From assembly GCA_017514235.1 (NCBI GenBank), contig JAFWKK010000026.1, positions 114-64,113 on the forward strand: a DNA stretch of 64,000 nt, in the 5' to 3' direction. Position numbers and translations under genes: made by a program. Positions 26,216-34,063 of this stretch are shown piece by piece. The first letter of the stretch is position 1, and each line of letters begins with the position of its first letter. The DNA comes from Kiritimatiellia bacterium (GTDB taxonomy: Bacteria; Verrucomicrobiota; Kiritimatiellia; RFP12; UBA1067). The notes beneath the pieces are model-generated. The model was not told the origin of the DNA. It did not search any database and saw nothing but the letters and a program-made list of their open reading frames with translations.

Positions 26216-26373
26216 GGCGCACCTTCACTTTCTGCTTGTGGATTTTATGGCGAGCCCATCTCGCCCTTACATCAAGCAAGGAGGCTATGGCATCCGTTTC
26301 TGACAAGCTCTCTTTTATGGCATCGGAGACGACCTCTCGTCAGGCAGCGATGGCGGTCAACATCGGCTTGCCG

Positions 26374-27936
26374 TCAGTTGTTGTCGATCCACCAGGCGGG
26401 CGGCACCTGATAGTTGAGGTGACCGGTGTCTAGGTAGTCCGTCACCTTCATGTCCTGCCCGACAAGGCGCAGTGCATTGCCAAAAGCGGTGTCGTACATC
26501 GGCGGGCGTTTCGGGACGTCCGTCCCCCATGCGGCGGCGGACGCGAACTTGTACATCTTCACCCAATCGTCTCCGCGCAAGTGGTGCCACGTGGTCTCGA
26601 CAAACCCGAAGCCGCCGATCTCGGCAACGTAGTCGGCCATCGGCTTCATCGCGTTGTAGTTCATCCACGGGCAGCCGGCGACAGGGAATCCCTTCCCCTT
26701 GAAGTATGCCATCGTCGGCCAGTCCTTTCGAGTCTCCTTCATGTCGCCGTAGGAGTACTGCCAGTCGCAGATGATAACGTCTTTCGGAAGCTTGTCCGCG
26801 AGCGAGGCTGTCGATTTCGTGCCATGGTGCACGTAGCCCTTCCAGCGCGGGTCGCCGCGTTCAAGAAGCATGTCGTGCCAGATCATCGCGCGTGCGCCGC
26901 GAGCTTTCACGAAGTCGGCGAGGCTGGCGATGTGCCTGCATACGAGTTCTGCGTAGGGCGTCTTGCGGCACTCTGGACATGACGGCGGCTGGGCTTCGTC
27001 GCAGCCGAGGTGGAAGTACGGCGGGAGCCCGAAGTTGTCGTGCATTTCGGCGATCAGCTCGCGCAGCACGCGCTGCGTCTCTGGGTTGGAAAGGCACCAG
27101 TTCCAGCCTCCTGGCTCGAAAAGCGGCTCGTACTCGGGCTGGATGTCCAGCGCCACGTGCTTTACCGTGCAGCTGCGGGAGGATGTGGCGTGGCCATAGA
27201 CGTTGATTTGCGGTATGAGCGTAATGCCGAGGTCTCGCCCGACCGTCGCCAGGCGCCGCACCTCCTCCTTGGTCATCGTTGGATTGGGCCAATGCCACCA
27301 CGGATGCCTCTCGCTCGCGTACATGCCCCATGGTTCGATGATTGCATGGTTGAACTTGAGGAGGGCGGCCAGGCGAATCGCACGCTCCATTTGCACGGGA
27401 CGCACTTCCGGGAACCAGCATAGGTGCACCGCGCGGAAGGCAAGGTGCGGACGGTCTGCCACTTTCAGCGTCGGAAGGATGCGTCCCTCCGTCTTGAATG
27501 TGCCGCGCTTGGCAATTGCCAGCTGTCGGAGCGTGTACGCCGCCCACCTGACGCCCGCAAGCGTCCGCGCCGCGATTCTGACGCCGGTCGCATCGGCGGA
27601 AATCGCGTAAGCCTCGTCACCCTCGGGAGGGGCGCAATTTATTGCGTCCGCACCGGTCGCAGCAAGTTGCGATCCTCCCGTCACATTCGGAGCCTGATCG
27701 CCATACCACTCGGCAAAATGGCGATCCAACCAGACCGCAGCCTCCGCGTCCGGGCACGCCACCGTGACGGACGCCGAAGCGTCGAATGCGACGGGCCTGT
27801 CCATGTCGCAGGAGAACTCCACAGGCGTCGGCAACGGCACAAGCTCAATCGCGTCCGGATTCGCCGCATTGCCGCCGTAAGCCAACATCGGTGCAGCGAA
27901 GACCACCGCCATGCAAACGACATGATTTATTCGCAT
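26374..27936 (-). CDS. GH20-family beta-N-acetylhexosaminidase-like (paralog of 17771-19315)
   Basis: HLGCDE, YGHA and IEPWG..SERHPWW, shared with the 17.7-19.3 kb gene. Confidence 0.85.
   Translation of the reverse strand: MRINHVVCMAVVFAAPMLAYGGNAANPDAIELVPLPTPVEFSCDMDRPVAFDASASVTVACPDAEAAVWLDRHFAEWYGDQAPNVTGGSQLAATGADAINCAPPEGDEAYAISADATGVRIAARTLAGVRWAAYTLRQLAIAKRGTFKTEGRILPTLKVADRPHLAFRAVHLCWFPEVRPVQMERAIRLAALLKFNHAIIEPWGMYASERHPWWHWPNPTMTKEEVRRLATVGRDLGITLIPQINVYGHATSSRSCTVKHVALDIQPEYEPLFEPGGWNWCLSNPETQRVLRELIAEMHDNFGLPPYFHLGCDEAQPPSCPECRKTPYAELVCRHIASLADFVKARGARAMIWHDMLLERGDPRWKGYVHHGTKSTASLADKLPKDVIICDWQYSYGDMKETRKDWPTMAYFKGKGFPVAGCPWMNYNAMKPMADYVAEIGGFGFVETTWHHLRGDDWVKMYKFASAAAWGTDVPKRPPMYDTAFGNALRLVGQDMKVTDYLDTGHLNYQVPPAWWIDNN
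27629..27675. repeat. Pair of REP-like palindromes lying in-frame in the GH20 gene
   Basis: GGGCGCAAT-TT-ATTGCGTCC and GGTCGCAGC-AA-GTTGCGATCC, five nt apart. Confidence 0.55.
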
Positions 27937-27975
27937 CCCTGGCTCTTCCCGTGCGTTCCTTTATCACAAGCACTT

Positions 27976-28042
27976 CTACTTTTCAGCGATTTCCCTGATT
28001 GTGTCGATCACCTTGGTGATGTATCCGTAGCCGCTTAAGCAT
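27976..28042 (-). pseudogene. Frameshifted 5' relic of an SIS-domain gene
   Basis: ATG CTT AAG C GGC TAC GGA TAC ATC ACC AAG GTG ATC GAC ACA ATC AGG GAA ATC GCT GAA AAG TAG aligns to the start of 23701-24453 (ATG CTG AAC GAC TAC GGA TAC ATC GAC AAG GCG ATA GCC AAC ATC AAG GAA GTA GCC GAA AAG CAG). One extra base, and TAG where the intact gene has CAG. Confidence 0.75.
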
Positions 28043-28062
28043 TGCTTTTCTACTTGTTTGTC

Positions 28063-29091
28063 TTATTTGTTCAAAACCCGCCTGTAGCTCTCGCCGATCG
28101 TGTCCCAGAGCTTCAGCGCGTCGGGAGCGCCGACTACGGTGCCGTAACCGCCGCGATACGTCCACGCGGCGATGCGGTCTATGCCCTCTGCCGCCGCCAG
28201 GTCGACCCAGCGCGCCACCTGCGCCCAGTCCTTCGGCTGCTTGTAGTAGCCCATGAACCAGCGCTCGGACTGCTTGCCGTACTTCTTGGCGATGGCGACC
28301 GTGCGGCGCGTGATGTCGAGAAAGAAGTCCTCGGGAAGCGCCCAGTTGATGATCGTCGTCGAGAACACGTCGAAGTAGGGACAGGCCCCGACCATGTCCC
28401 AGTTGTCGTAGCCGCGGTACTCGGAGACATAGTAGCCGTTCTGCGTGGCGTGCACGCAGCAGGTGATCTCCAGCTTTGGATCGATTTCCTTCAGCGCCTT
28501 CGACGTCTCGGAGAGGACGACGAGCGCCTCGCGCCAGCGGAACTGCTTCACGTCGTTCGTCATGTACTTCGGCATCGGGTAGCCGTAGTAGTCCTCGAAG
28601 CGCTTGCGGCAGACGGGGCACCAGCACGTCCAGTCGTCCGCCACTCCGCCCGTGATGGAGGCGATGCCCTTGGGGAAGGCGTAGTGCGGTTCGTCCCAGA
28701 AGAAGCCGTCGGGCTTCGCCTCGCGTGCGAGCGTGGTGCAGAAGTTCTTGAAGTAGTCGCGGTAGCTGTTCGTGTTGAAGCATGCGTAGGGCAGCTTTTC
28801 ACCGGTGAGTGCGCTTACCTGGCGGTTTTCCACGTTGTCCTGCAGGAACTTCGAGACCTGCTCGCCGCCGAAGTACTTGCCGTTCCCCCACGGGTCGATA
28901 AGGACGCGGAGACCCAGCTCGTGCGCCTTGGCGACGATGGCGGGGATGTTCGGCCGCCAGAAGTCGAAGTCGAATTCTGTGACGGCCAGTATGACCTGGC
29001 TGACGCCGTGAGCCTTCATTTCCTTGAAGTCGGCCTCGGCGTGTTCTACGTAGTTGAGCCCGTAGTAGCTTATGGATGTCTGTGTGATCAT
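28063..29091 (-). CDS. Cytoplasmic putative TIM-barrel glycoside hydrolase (unassigned family)
   Basis: No signal peptide; DFKEMKAHG, AHELGLRV, FFWDEPH and aromatic-rich barrel-like pattern. Confidence 0.5.
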   Translation of the reverse strand: MITQTSISYYGLNYVEHAEADFKEMKAHGVSQVILAVTEFDFDFWRPNIPAIVAKAHELGLRVLIDPWGNGKYFGGEQVSKFLQDNVENRQVSALTGEKLPYACFNTNSYRDYFKNFCTTLAREAKPDGFFWDEPHYAFPKGIASITGGVADDWTCWCPVCRKRFEDYYGYPMPKYMTNDVKQFRWREALVVLSETSKALKEIDPKLEITCCVHATQNGYYVSEYRGYDNWDMVGACPYFDVFSTTIINWALPEDFFLDITRRTVAIAKKYGKQSERWFMGYYKQPKDWAQVARWVDLAAAEGIDRIAAWTYRGGYGTVVGAPDALKLWDTIGESYRRVLNK

Positions 29092-29104
29092 GGTTCGTTG
29101 TTTC

Positions 29105-30511
29105 CTAGTTGTTGGGGGTCAGAGTTGGAGTTGGAGAATGGATTTCTGCCATTCCTTTCTCGAACTCGAACTTTCCGTCCCCGCTTTTCTTTCTGCCAAA
29201 AAGATGTTCAAGCTCGTCGAGCGGCTTGCCCTTCGTCTCCGGGATGAAGAGCGCGACGATGAAGTAGAGGACGCCGTTCGCGGCGAAGAAGAAGAACATC
29301 GACGCCCAGCCCCAGGCGTTCACCCACGGGAGGAATGACGAGGCGAGTCCCCACGCCACGAACTGGTTCATGAACAGCGCGATTGCCATGCCGTTCGCGC
29401 GTATGCGAGAGGGCATCAGCTCGGAGAGGACGAGCCACACGCAGATTCCGGGGCCGAGCGCGTAGAAAACCTGCATCACGAAGAACGCCGCGAGGCAGAA
29501 AAGCCCCGTTGCGCCGGAGGCCTCGACCCCGAAGCGCTCGATGGACAGAAGGACGCCGCCAATAGCGGCAAGGCCTAGCGTCATGCCCGCCGTTCCGACC
29601 TTGAGAAGCCACGTGCGCCCGACCCTGTCTATGAGAGAAGCCGCGACGAGCGTCACCACGAGGTTGGTCAGCTTTATGGCGAAGTCGCCCACGTTGCCGA
29701 GCGCACCCGCGAAGCCGGCCTTCTGGAAGATCATCACGGAATAGCTTGTGATCGAGCTCATGCCCGTCGTCTTGTTCAGGGTAAGCACAGCGACTGCCAA
29801 TAGAAACGGCAAAACATAGCGACGGGTGAAAAGCGATCCTCGCGGCAATGTCGCGTTCGTCACGTCCGTCCTATCCGTCACGTCATGCAGCCGCTTCAGC
29901 CACACCGGGCTTTCCGGCAAGCGAAGCGCCCCGAAGAAAAGCACCGCGACAGGAGCCATCGTCCACCAGAAGTTGACTTTCCACGCGGCGGACTTGGCGG
30001 CGCAAGAAACGATGTCGGAAGGCGCGTCCGCCGCGCCGTAGAGCCGGGCGACGAGGTACCCCGTAGCGGCCGCCGCGACAAGCCCGAGGCCTAGGCAGAA
30101 CTGAAATACGCCCGTGCCGCGTCCGCGGATGTCGCTAGGCAGCGTCTCAGTCAGGTACATCGGCATGACGACGCTCATGTAGCCGGCGCTCATTCCCTGG
30201 AGGACGCGCCCGAAGAGCATGGACCAAAGCGAATTCTCCGAGAGGCAGACCGCCGGTATCGCGACGAGGAAGAGCGCGGCGGAGGCGACTATCATGCGCT
30301 TCCTGCCAAAACGCTCCGCAAGCATTCCGGCCGTCAGCGACGAGACGATGCCGCCGAAGAGCACCGCGCCGACGATCCAGCTCAGCTCCGCGTCCGTGAA
30401 AAGGCGAAGCGCCCTTATGTACGGCGAGGCGGCGGCTATCACGCCGAAGTCGACGCCATAAAGAAGCCCGCCCAGCCCGGCAATTGCGAGCAGGTAGCGC
30501 GTACGTGTCAT
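29105..30511 (-). CDS. Sugar porter (SP) family MFS transporter
   Basis: GGLLYG.D.GVI, ERFGRK, PMYL.E, PESP, DRVGR, SELMP..IR and PETKGK motifs; start at MTRTRY. Confidence 0.92.
   Translation of the reverse strand: MTRTRYLLAIAGLGGLLYGVDFGVIAAASPYIRALRLFTDAELSWIVGAVLFGGIVSSLTAGMLAERFGRKRMIVASAALFLVAIPAVCLSENSLWSMLFGRVLQGMSAGYMSVVMPMYLTETLPSDIRGRGTGVFQFCLGLGLVAAAATGYLVARLYGAADAPSDIVSCAAKSAAWKVNFWWTMAPVAVLFFGALRLPESPVWLKRLHDVTDRTDVTNATLPRGSLFTRRYVLPFLLAVAVLTLNKTTGMSSITSYSVMIFQKAGFAGALGNVGDFAIKLTNLVVTLVAASLIDRVGRTWLLKVGTAGMTLGLAAIGGVLLSIERFGVEASGATGLFCLAAFFVMQVFYALGPGICVWLVLSELMPSRIRANGMAIALFMNQFVAWGLASSFLPWVNAWGWASMFFFFAANGVLYFIVALFIPETKGKPLDELEHLFGRKKSGDGKFEFEKGMAEIHSPTPTLTPNN
29123..29172. 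repeat. 6-bp-period imperfect inverted array forming the 3' tail of the MFS gene
   Basis: AGTTGGAGTTGGAG ... CTCGAACTCGAACT, with inner stem GAATGG/CCATTC. Confidence 0.5.
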
Positions 30512-30737
30512 TTCACCCTGTTTCACCGTGGTGCATTTTACCAAAACATCACCATGCGATGAATACCCTATTCGCCAAAAAAACATAACCTTTTCAACAA
30601 CGCCGAGGCCGGAAGCGAATCAAAGGCGGGGGGATCTTCCAATTCGGTGCCCCATTGAAGTTTAGCGAGGGGGATGCTATACTACAAGCGTGTTTTTGCC
30701 CGAAGTTCTCGGGTCGGCGAACAATAAGGAGAAAAAC

Positions 30738-30986
30738 ATGATTACGTACAAGACAACGGGAACGTGCTCGCGGGCCATCAACTACGAGGTTGAGAACGGC
30801 GTCGTGACTAAGTGCGAGTTCGAGGGCGGATGCCCCGGCAACACGCAAGGCGTCGCGAAGCTAGTCATAGGCCGGAAGGTCGAGGAGGTCGTTTCGCTCC
30901 TCAAGGGCATACAGTGCCGCAACGGCACGTCGTGTCCCGACCAGCTGGCAAAGGCCCTGGAGCAGACGGCCGCAGCAACCGCCTGA
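30738..30986 (+). CDS. Stand-alone TSCPD-domain protein (TIGR03905-like)
   Basis: TGTCS, GGCPGN, GIQC..GTSCPDQLA; AAGGAG RBS; TGCTATACT promoter near 30675. Confidence 0.9.
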   Translation: MITYKTTGTCSRAINYEVENGVVTKCEFEGGCPGNTQGVAKLVIGRKVEEVVSLLKGIQCRNGTSCPDQLAKALEQTAAATA

Positions 30987-30996
30987 CAAGCTTGGG

Positions 30997-31056
30997 CGAC
31001 GGAATCGGTCGCGAGCGCATGTTCGCGGCGCCGGCCTGTCGGTTGCAGGCTGGCGC
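30997..31056 (+). terminator. Run of three GC hairpins after the TSCPD gene (terminator-like)
   Basis: GCGAC/GTCGC, CGCGAGC/GTTCGCG and GCGCCGGCCTG/CAGGCTGGCGC stems; no clear U-tract. TGCTATAAT follows at 31063-31071. Confidence 0.35.
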
Positions 31057-31101
31057 GAAGTCTGCTATAATCTCCAAAAAATCCAAAAAGGAGTTTATGC
31101 T

Positions 31102-32430
31102 ATGTGCTTGTCGTCTCTTCTTCTTGCGGCTTCGCTGACGGTTACGGCCGGCGGCGACGCATTCATGGTGCAGGGTTTCCCAAAGGGGTTCGAGCTTGAC
31201 CGCAAGCTGACCGCCTGGATCGGCAGCGGCGACGCGAGGCTCGTAAATTTCGAGACGGTCGTAAACGACGGCACGTGCCGTCCCGCGGCATGGAGCGGCG
31301 GCACCTGGAGCTCGATGGATCCCTCGGTCCTGCCGGACTTCCTTGCGTTCGGGTTCAACGGTTGCGGCTGCGCGAACAACCATTCGCTCGACTTCAGCCA
31401 GGACGCTCTCTTCATGACGATGAAGACGCTCCGCGAGAAGGGGATGCCGTTCGCCGGAATCGGCGAGAACCTTCAGGACGCGACGAAGGCGGCGTTCGTG
31501 GACACGCCGAACGGACGCGTGGCGTTCCTGTCGCTTTCTTCCGCGTTCCACCCGGACGCGATGGCCGGCTGGAAGACGTCGCGTTCGCCCGGGCGGCCGG
31601 GACTGAGCGGGCTCCGCTGGAAGGAGACGTATCTCGTTACCGCGCGGCAGTTCGAGTGGGTGAAGGAGATTGCGTCCGAAACGGGGATCAACGGGAACCG
31701 CGAGCTGGACATTCGCACGGGCTTTACCGCGCCAGACGCGCCCGGCACGTGCCAGATGGGCAGCCTGGCGTTCAAGGTAGCCGACAAGCCGGGTCGCACG
31801 TCGGCCTGCAACGCCAACGACCTGAAGCGCATCACAGAGGCGATCGCCGCCGCCAAGCGCCAGGCCGATGTCGTCGTCGTGCTGCCGCATTCGCATACGA
31901 TGCGCTACAAGAACGTGGAGGAGCCGGCCCCGTACTTCATGGAGTTCTGCCGCGCTGCGATCGACGCCGGCGCGGACGCCATCATCGGAGGCGGCACTCA
32001 CCAGCTCAAGGGCATCGAGATCCGCAACGGCAAGCCGATCTTCTATTCGCTCGGCGACTTCGTCTTCCAGAACAACGTAGTGCCGCTCGTGCCGCCGGAC
32101 TTCTGCGAGCAGTATGGCGTTCCGCTTGATTCCGACGCGAAGACTGCGTTCAACGCGCGGTCGAAGGGCGGCAAGGTCGGGCTTCATGCGTTCCGGGAGA
32201 ATTTCCTCTCCGTCGTGCCGCGCCTTCGTTTTGAGGACGGTCGGCTCGCAAAGGTCGAGATGCTGCCGATCGAGTTGCACTGGATGAAGGACTGGTCGGT
32301 CAACGGCCTTCCTCGGGCGGCGGATGCAGAGGCGGCAGGCGTCATCTTTGCGGCGCTTGTCCGTACGTCGGCAGATTTCGGCACGAAGCTCGTCATGCGC
32401 GACGACGGCATAATCGAAGTCTCGCTGTGA
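31102..32430 (+). CDS. CapA (poly-gamma-glutamate synthesis)-family metallophosphoesterase-like protein
   Basis: GGD, NFE, ANNHSLD, PHSH, DAGADAIIGGGTH, YSLGDF motifs. Confidence 0.85.
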   Translation: MCLSSLLLAASLTVTAGGDAFMVQGFPKGFELDRKLTAWIGSGDARLVNFETVVNDGTCRPAAWSGGTWSSMDPSVLPDFLAFGFNGCGCANNHSLDFSQDALFMTMKTLREKGMPFAGIGENLQDATKAAFVDTPNGRVAFLSLSSAFHPDAMAGWKTSRSPGRPGLSGLRWKETYLVTARQFEWVKEIASETGINGNRELDIRTGFTAPDAPGTCQMGSLAFKVADKPGRTSACNANDLKRITEAIAAAKRQADVVVVLPHSHTMRYKNVEEPAPYFMEFCRAAIDAGADAIIGGGTHQLKGIEIRNGKPIFYSLGDFVFQNNVVPLVPPDFCEQYGVPLDSDAKTAFNARSKGGKVGLHAFRENFLSVVPRLRFEDGRLAKVEMLPIELHWMKDWSVNGLPRAADAEAAGVIFAALVRTSADFGTKLVMRDDGIIEVSL

Positions 32431-33662
32431 CGGCAATGGGCCGCCGAACCGCAGGAGAATTCGACATGTGCGCTTGGTTGAAGCGAGGTTCTTCGGTCGC
32501 GCTGGCGTTGTGCGCCTGCATGCCGGTCATGTCCGTGGCGGAATGCCGGCCGGGTTCGTCCGCCGCTGACGATTGCACTGCATTCGTCGTCGGCAAGAAG
32601 GCCAGTGCGACCGGGCGCGTCATCGTGGGCCACAACAACGACGGATTGGGCCCGATGCGCTATGCGGTACTTCCCGCGACCGATTCCGCGCCCGCGCTTC
32701 AGGAACCGGGCAGGAAGGGCGGCATGGGAGGCGGGAAGTCCCCCGCCATTTACTGGCAGGCCGTCTATTCCGACAAGGCGAAAGTCGGCAAGACCACTGG
32801 AGACGTGCTTCTCAACGAGCACGGCGTGATCATGTTCTCGAACTCCGGCGGCTTCATGCGGGAATGGGCCGGGCAAACGGCTGATTTGCCTGACGAGGCG
32901 ACGTCTGGAACGGTCGATGGCGGACTTGGACTTGCGCTCCGCTTCGAGGTCGTCCGCAGGGCGCGCAGCGCTGCGGAGGGAGTTAAGATAGCGACGTCGC
33001 TTATCGACAGGTATGGTTACGGTCCCGATGCGCGGACGTTCACGATCGCAGACCGCGACGAGGCATGGGTTCTCTGCGCGGTCAAGGGGCGGCGTTACGT
33101 GGCGCGGCGGTGTCCGGACGATGCCGTGATGGCGTATCCGAACATTCTGCCGGTGGGGAGTATCCTGCCGGGAGACATTGTTTCGCCAGGAATAGAGGGC
33201 AAGCGCGATGCTTTTGACTTTGCCGCCACGTATCAGGGGCCGCGCACCAAGCACGACCTCTCGCAGAAGCATCGGATCGTCGAGTTCTACCGCATTGCGG
33301 CAGGCGTGGCTGTTGACGAGAAGGAATTGCCATGGTCGGTGAAGCCGGCGCATCCGGTGTCGGTCGACGACCTGAAGCGCGGTTTCAGTTCCCATGCCGT
33401 GGGGCGTGACCGCGTGTCCGTTCACCCCGAAGAGAATCCGGGCGTGTCGTGGCCGATATGCCGTCGCGCGACGCTCGAGTCGGTGATCTGCCGGTTCGCT
33501 GAGAATCCGTCGGACACGCAGATCTTTCTTGCTCCGGGGCGTCCCTGCGAGACGAAGTACGACGAGTTCCGTCCGTTCAAGGACGCGTTGCCGGCGTATT
33601 TCGCGACTGGCGAGGCGGCAGAGAAACTGCTAGCCGGGCGGCTTTCCGCAACTAGCCCTTGA
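32427..33662 (+). CDS. Secreted C69-family dipeptidase (Ntn hydrolase); start may be 32466
   Basis: CTAFVVGKKASATG..I.GHN.D, NEHGV, IDRYGY, IADRDEAW, PDD....PN. Confidence 0.75.
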   Translation: MTAMGRRTAGEFDMCAWLKRGSSVALALCACMPVMSVAECRPGSSAADDCTAFVVGKKASATGRVIVGHNNDGLGPMRYAVLPATDSAPALQEPGRKGGMGGGKSPAIYWQAVYSDKAKVGKTTGDVLLNEHGVIMFSNSGGFMREWAGQTADLPDEATSGTVDGGLGLALRFEVVRRARSAAEGVKIATSLIDRYGYGPDARTFTIADRDEAWVLCAVKGRRYVARRCPDDAVMAYPNILPVGSILPGDIVSPGIEGKRDAFDFAATYQGPRTKHDLSQKHRIVEFYRIAAGVAVDEKELPWSVKPAHPVSVDDLKRGFSSHAVGRDRVSVHPEENPGVSWPICRRATLESVICRFAENPSDTQIFLAPGRPCETKYDEFRPFKDALPAYFATGEAAEKLLAGRLSATSP

Positions 33663-33689
33663 TACTGGATATGCCAACCTTTTTGTGCT

Positions 33690-33921
33690 AACTCCGAGGG
33701 CTGGCAAAAAGCCTCACTAACGTTCCGCTTCGAGCTTTGCGCCATCCAGCCGCGCTCAAGACACTTCTCATGTGCATGTTTAGGGTCTGCCTTCGGCAGA
33801 GGAGGTCTGGAGGACACCTCCTCCAGACACGAAAACATAGAAATGCGACAGGACACAGGTTGAAATGTGCGGAGCAAGAGCCGAAGTGGTAACGGAGGCC
33901 TTTTTGCCAACCTTCGGAGTT
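33690..33921. mobile_element. MITE-like non-coding element with about 26-bp terminal inverted repeats
   Basis: AACTCCGAGGGCTGGCAAAAAGCCTC (33690-33715) against the reverse complement of 33895-33921 (AACTCCGAAGGTTGGCAAAAAGGCCTC). Internal hairpins at 33786-33800 and 33805-33828 (perfect 10-bp stem). Confidence 0.5.
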
Positions 33922-34020
33922 TCATCAATAGCGCTTGATGTATTATCCTATCTGCCCAGCCGATTTCCCAGGGGTGGGGAATTCCAGCTCCTTGAAACGG
34001 TTGCGGTTTTGGAATAAGTT

Positions 34021-34029
34021 TGGTATAAT
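34021..34029 (+). promoter_or_regulatory. Extended -10 promoter TGGTATAAT heading the 34-44 kb operon
   Basis: Perfect match 35 nt upstream of the ATG at 34064. Confidence 0.65.
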
Positions 34030-34063
34030 GCGAACCGTCAAGCGATAAAATGGGAACTTAGCA

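Noticed and set aside
10252-29886. CRISPR array among the short repeats
   Set aside because: Repeat units are 6-9 or 27-30 bp and contiguous, with no unique spacers; no cas genes.
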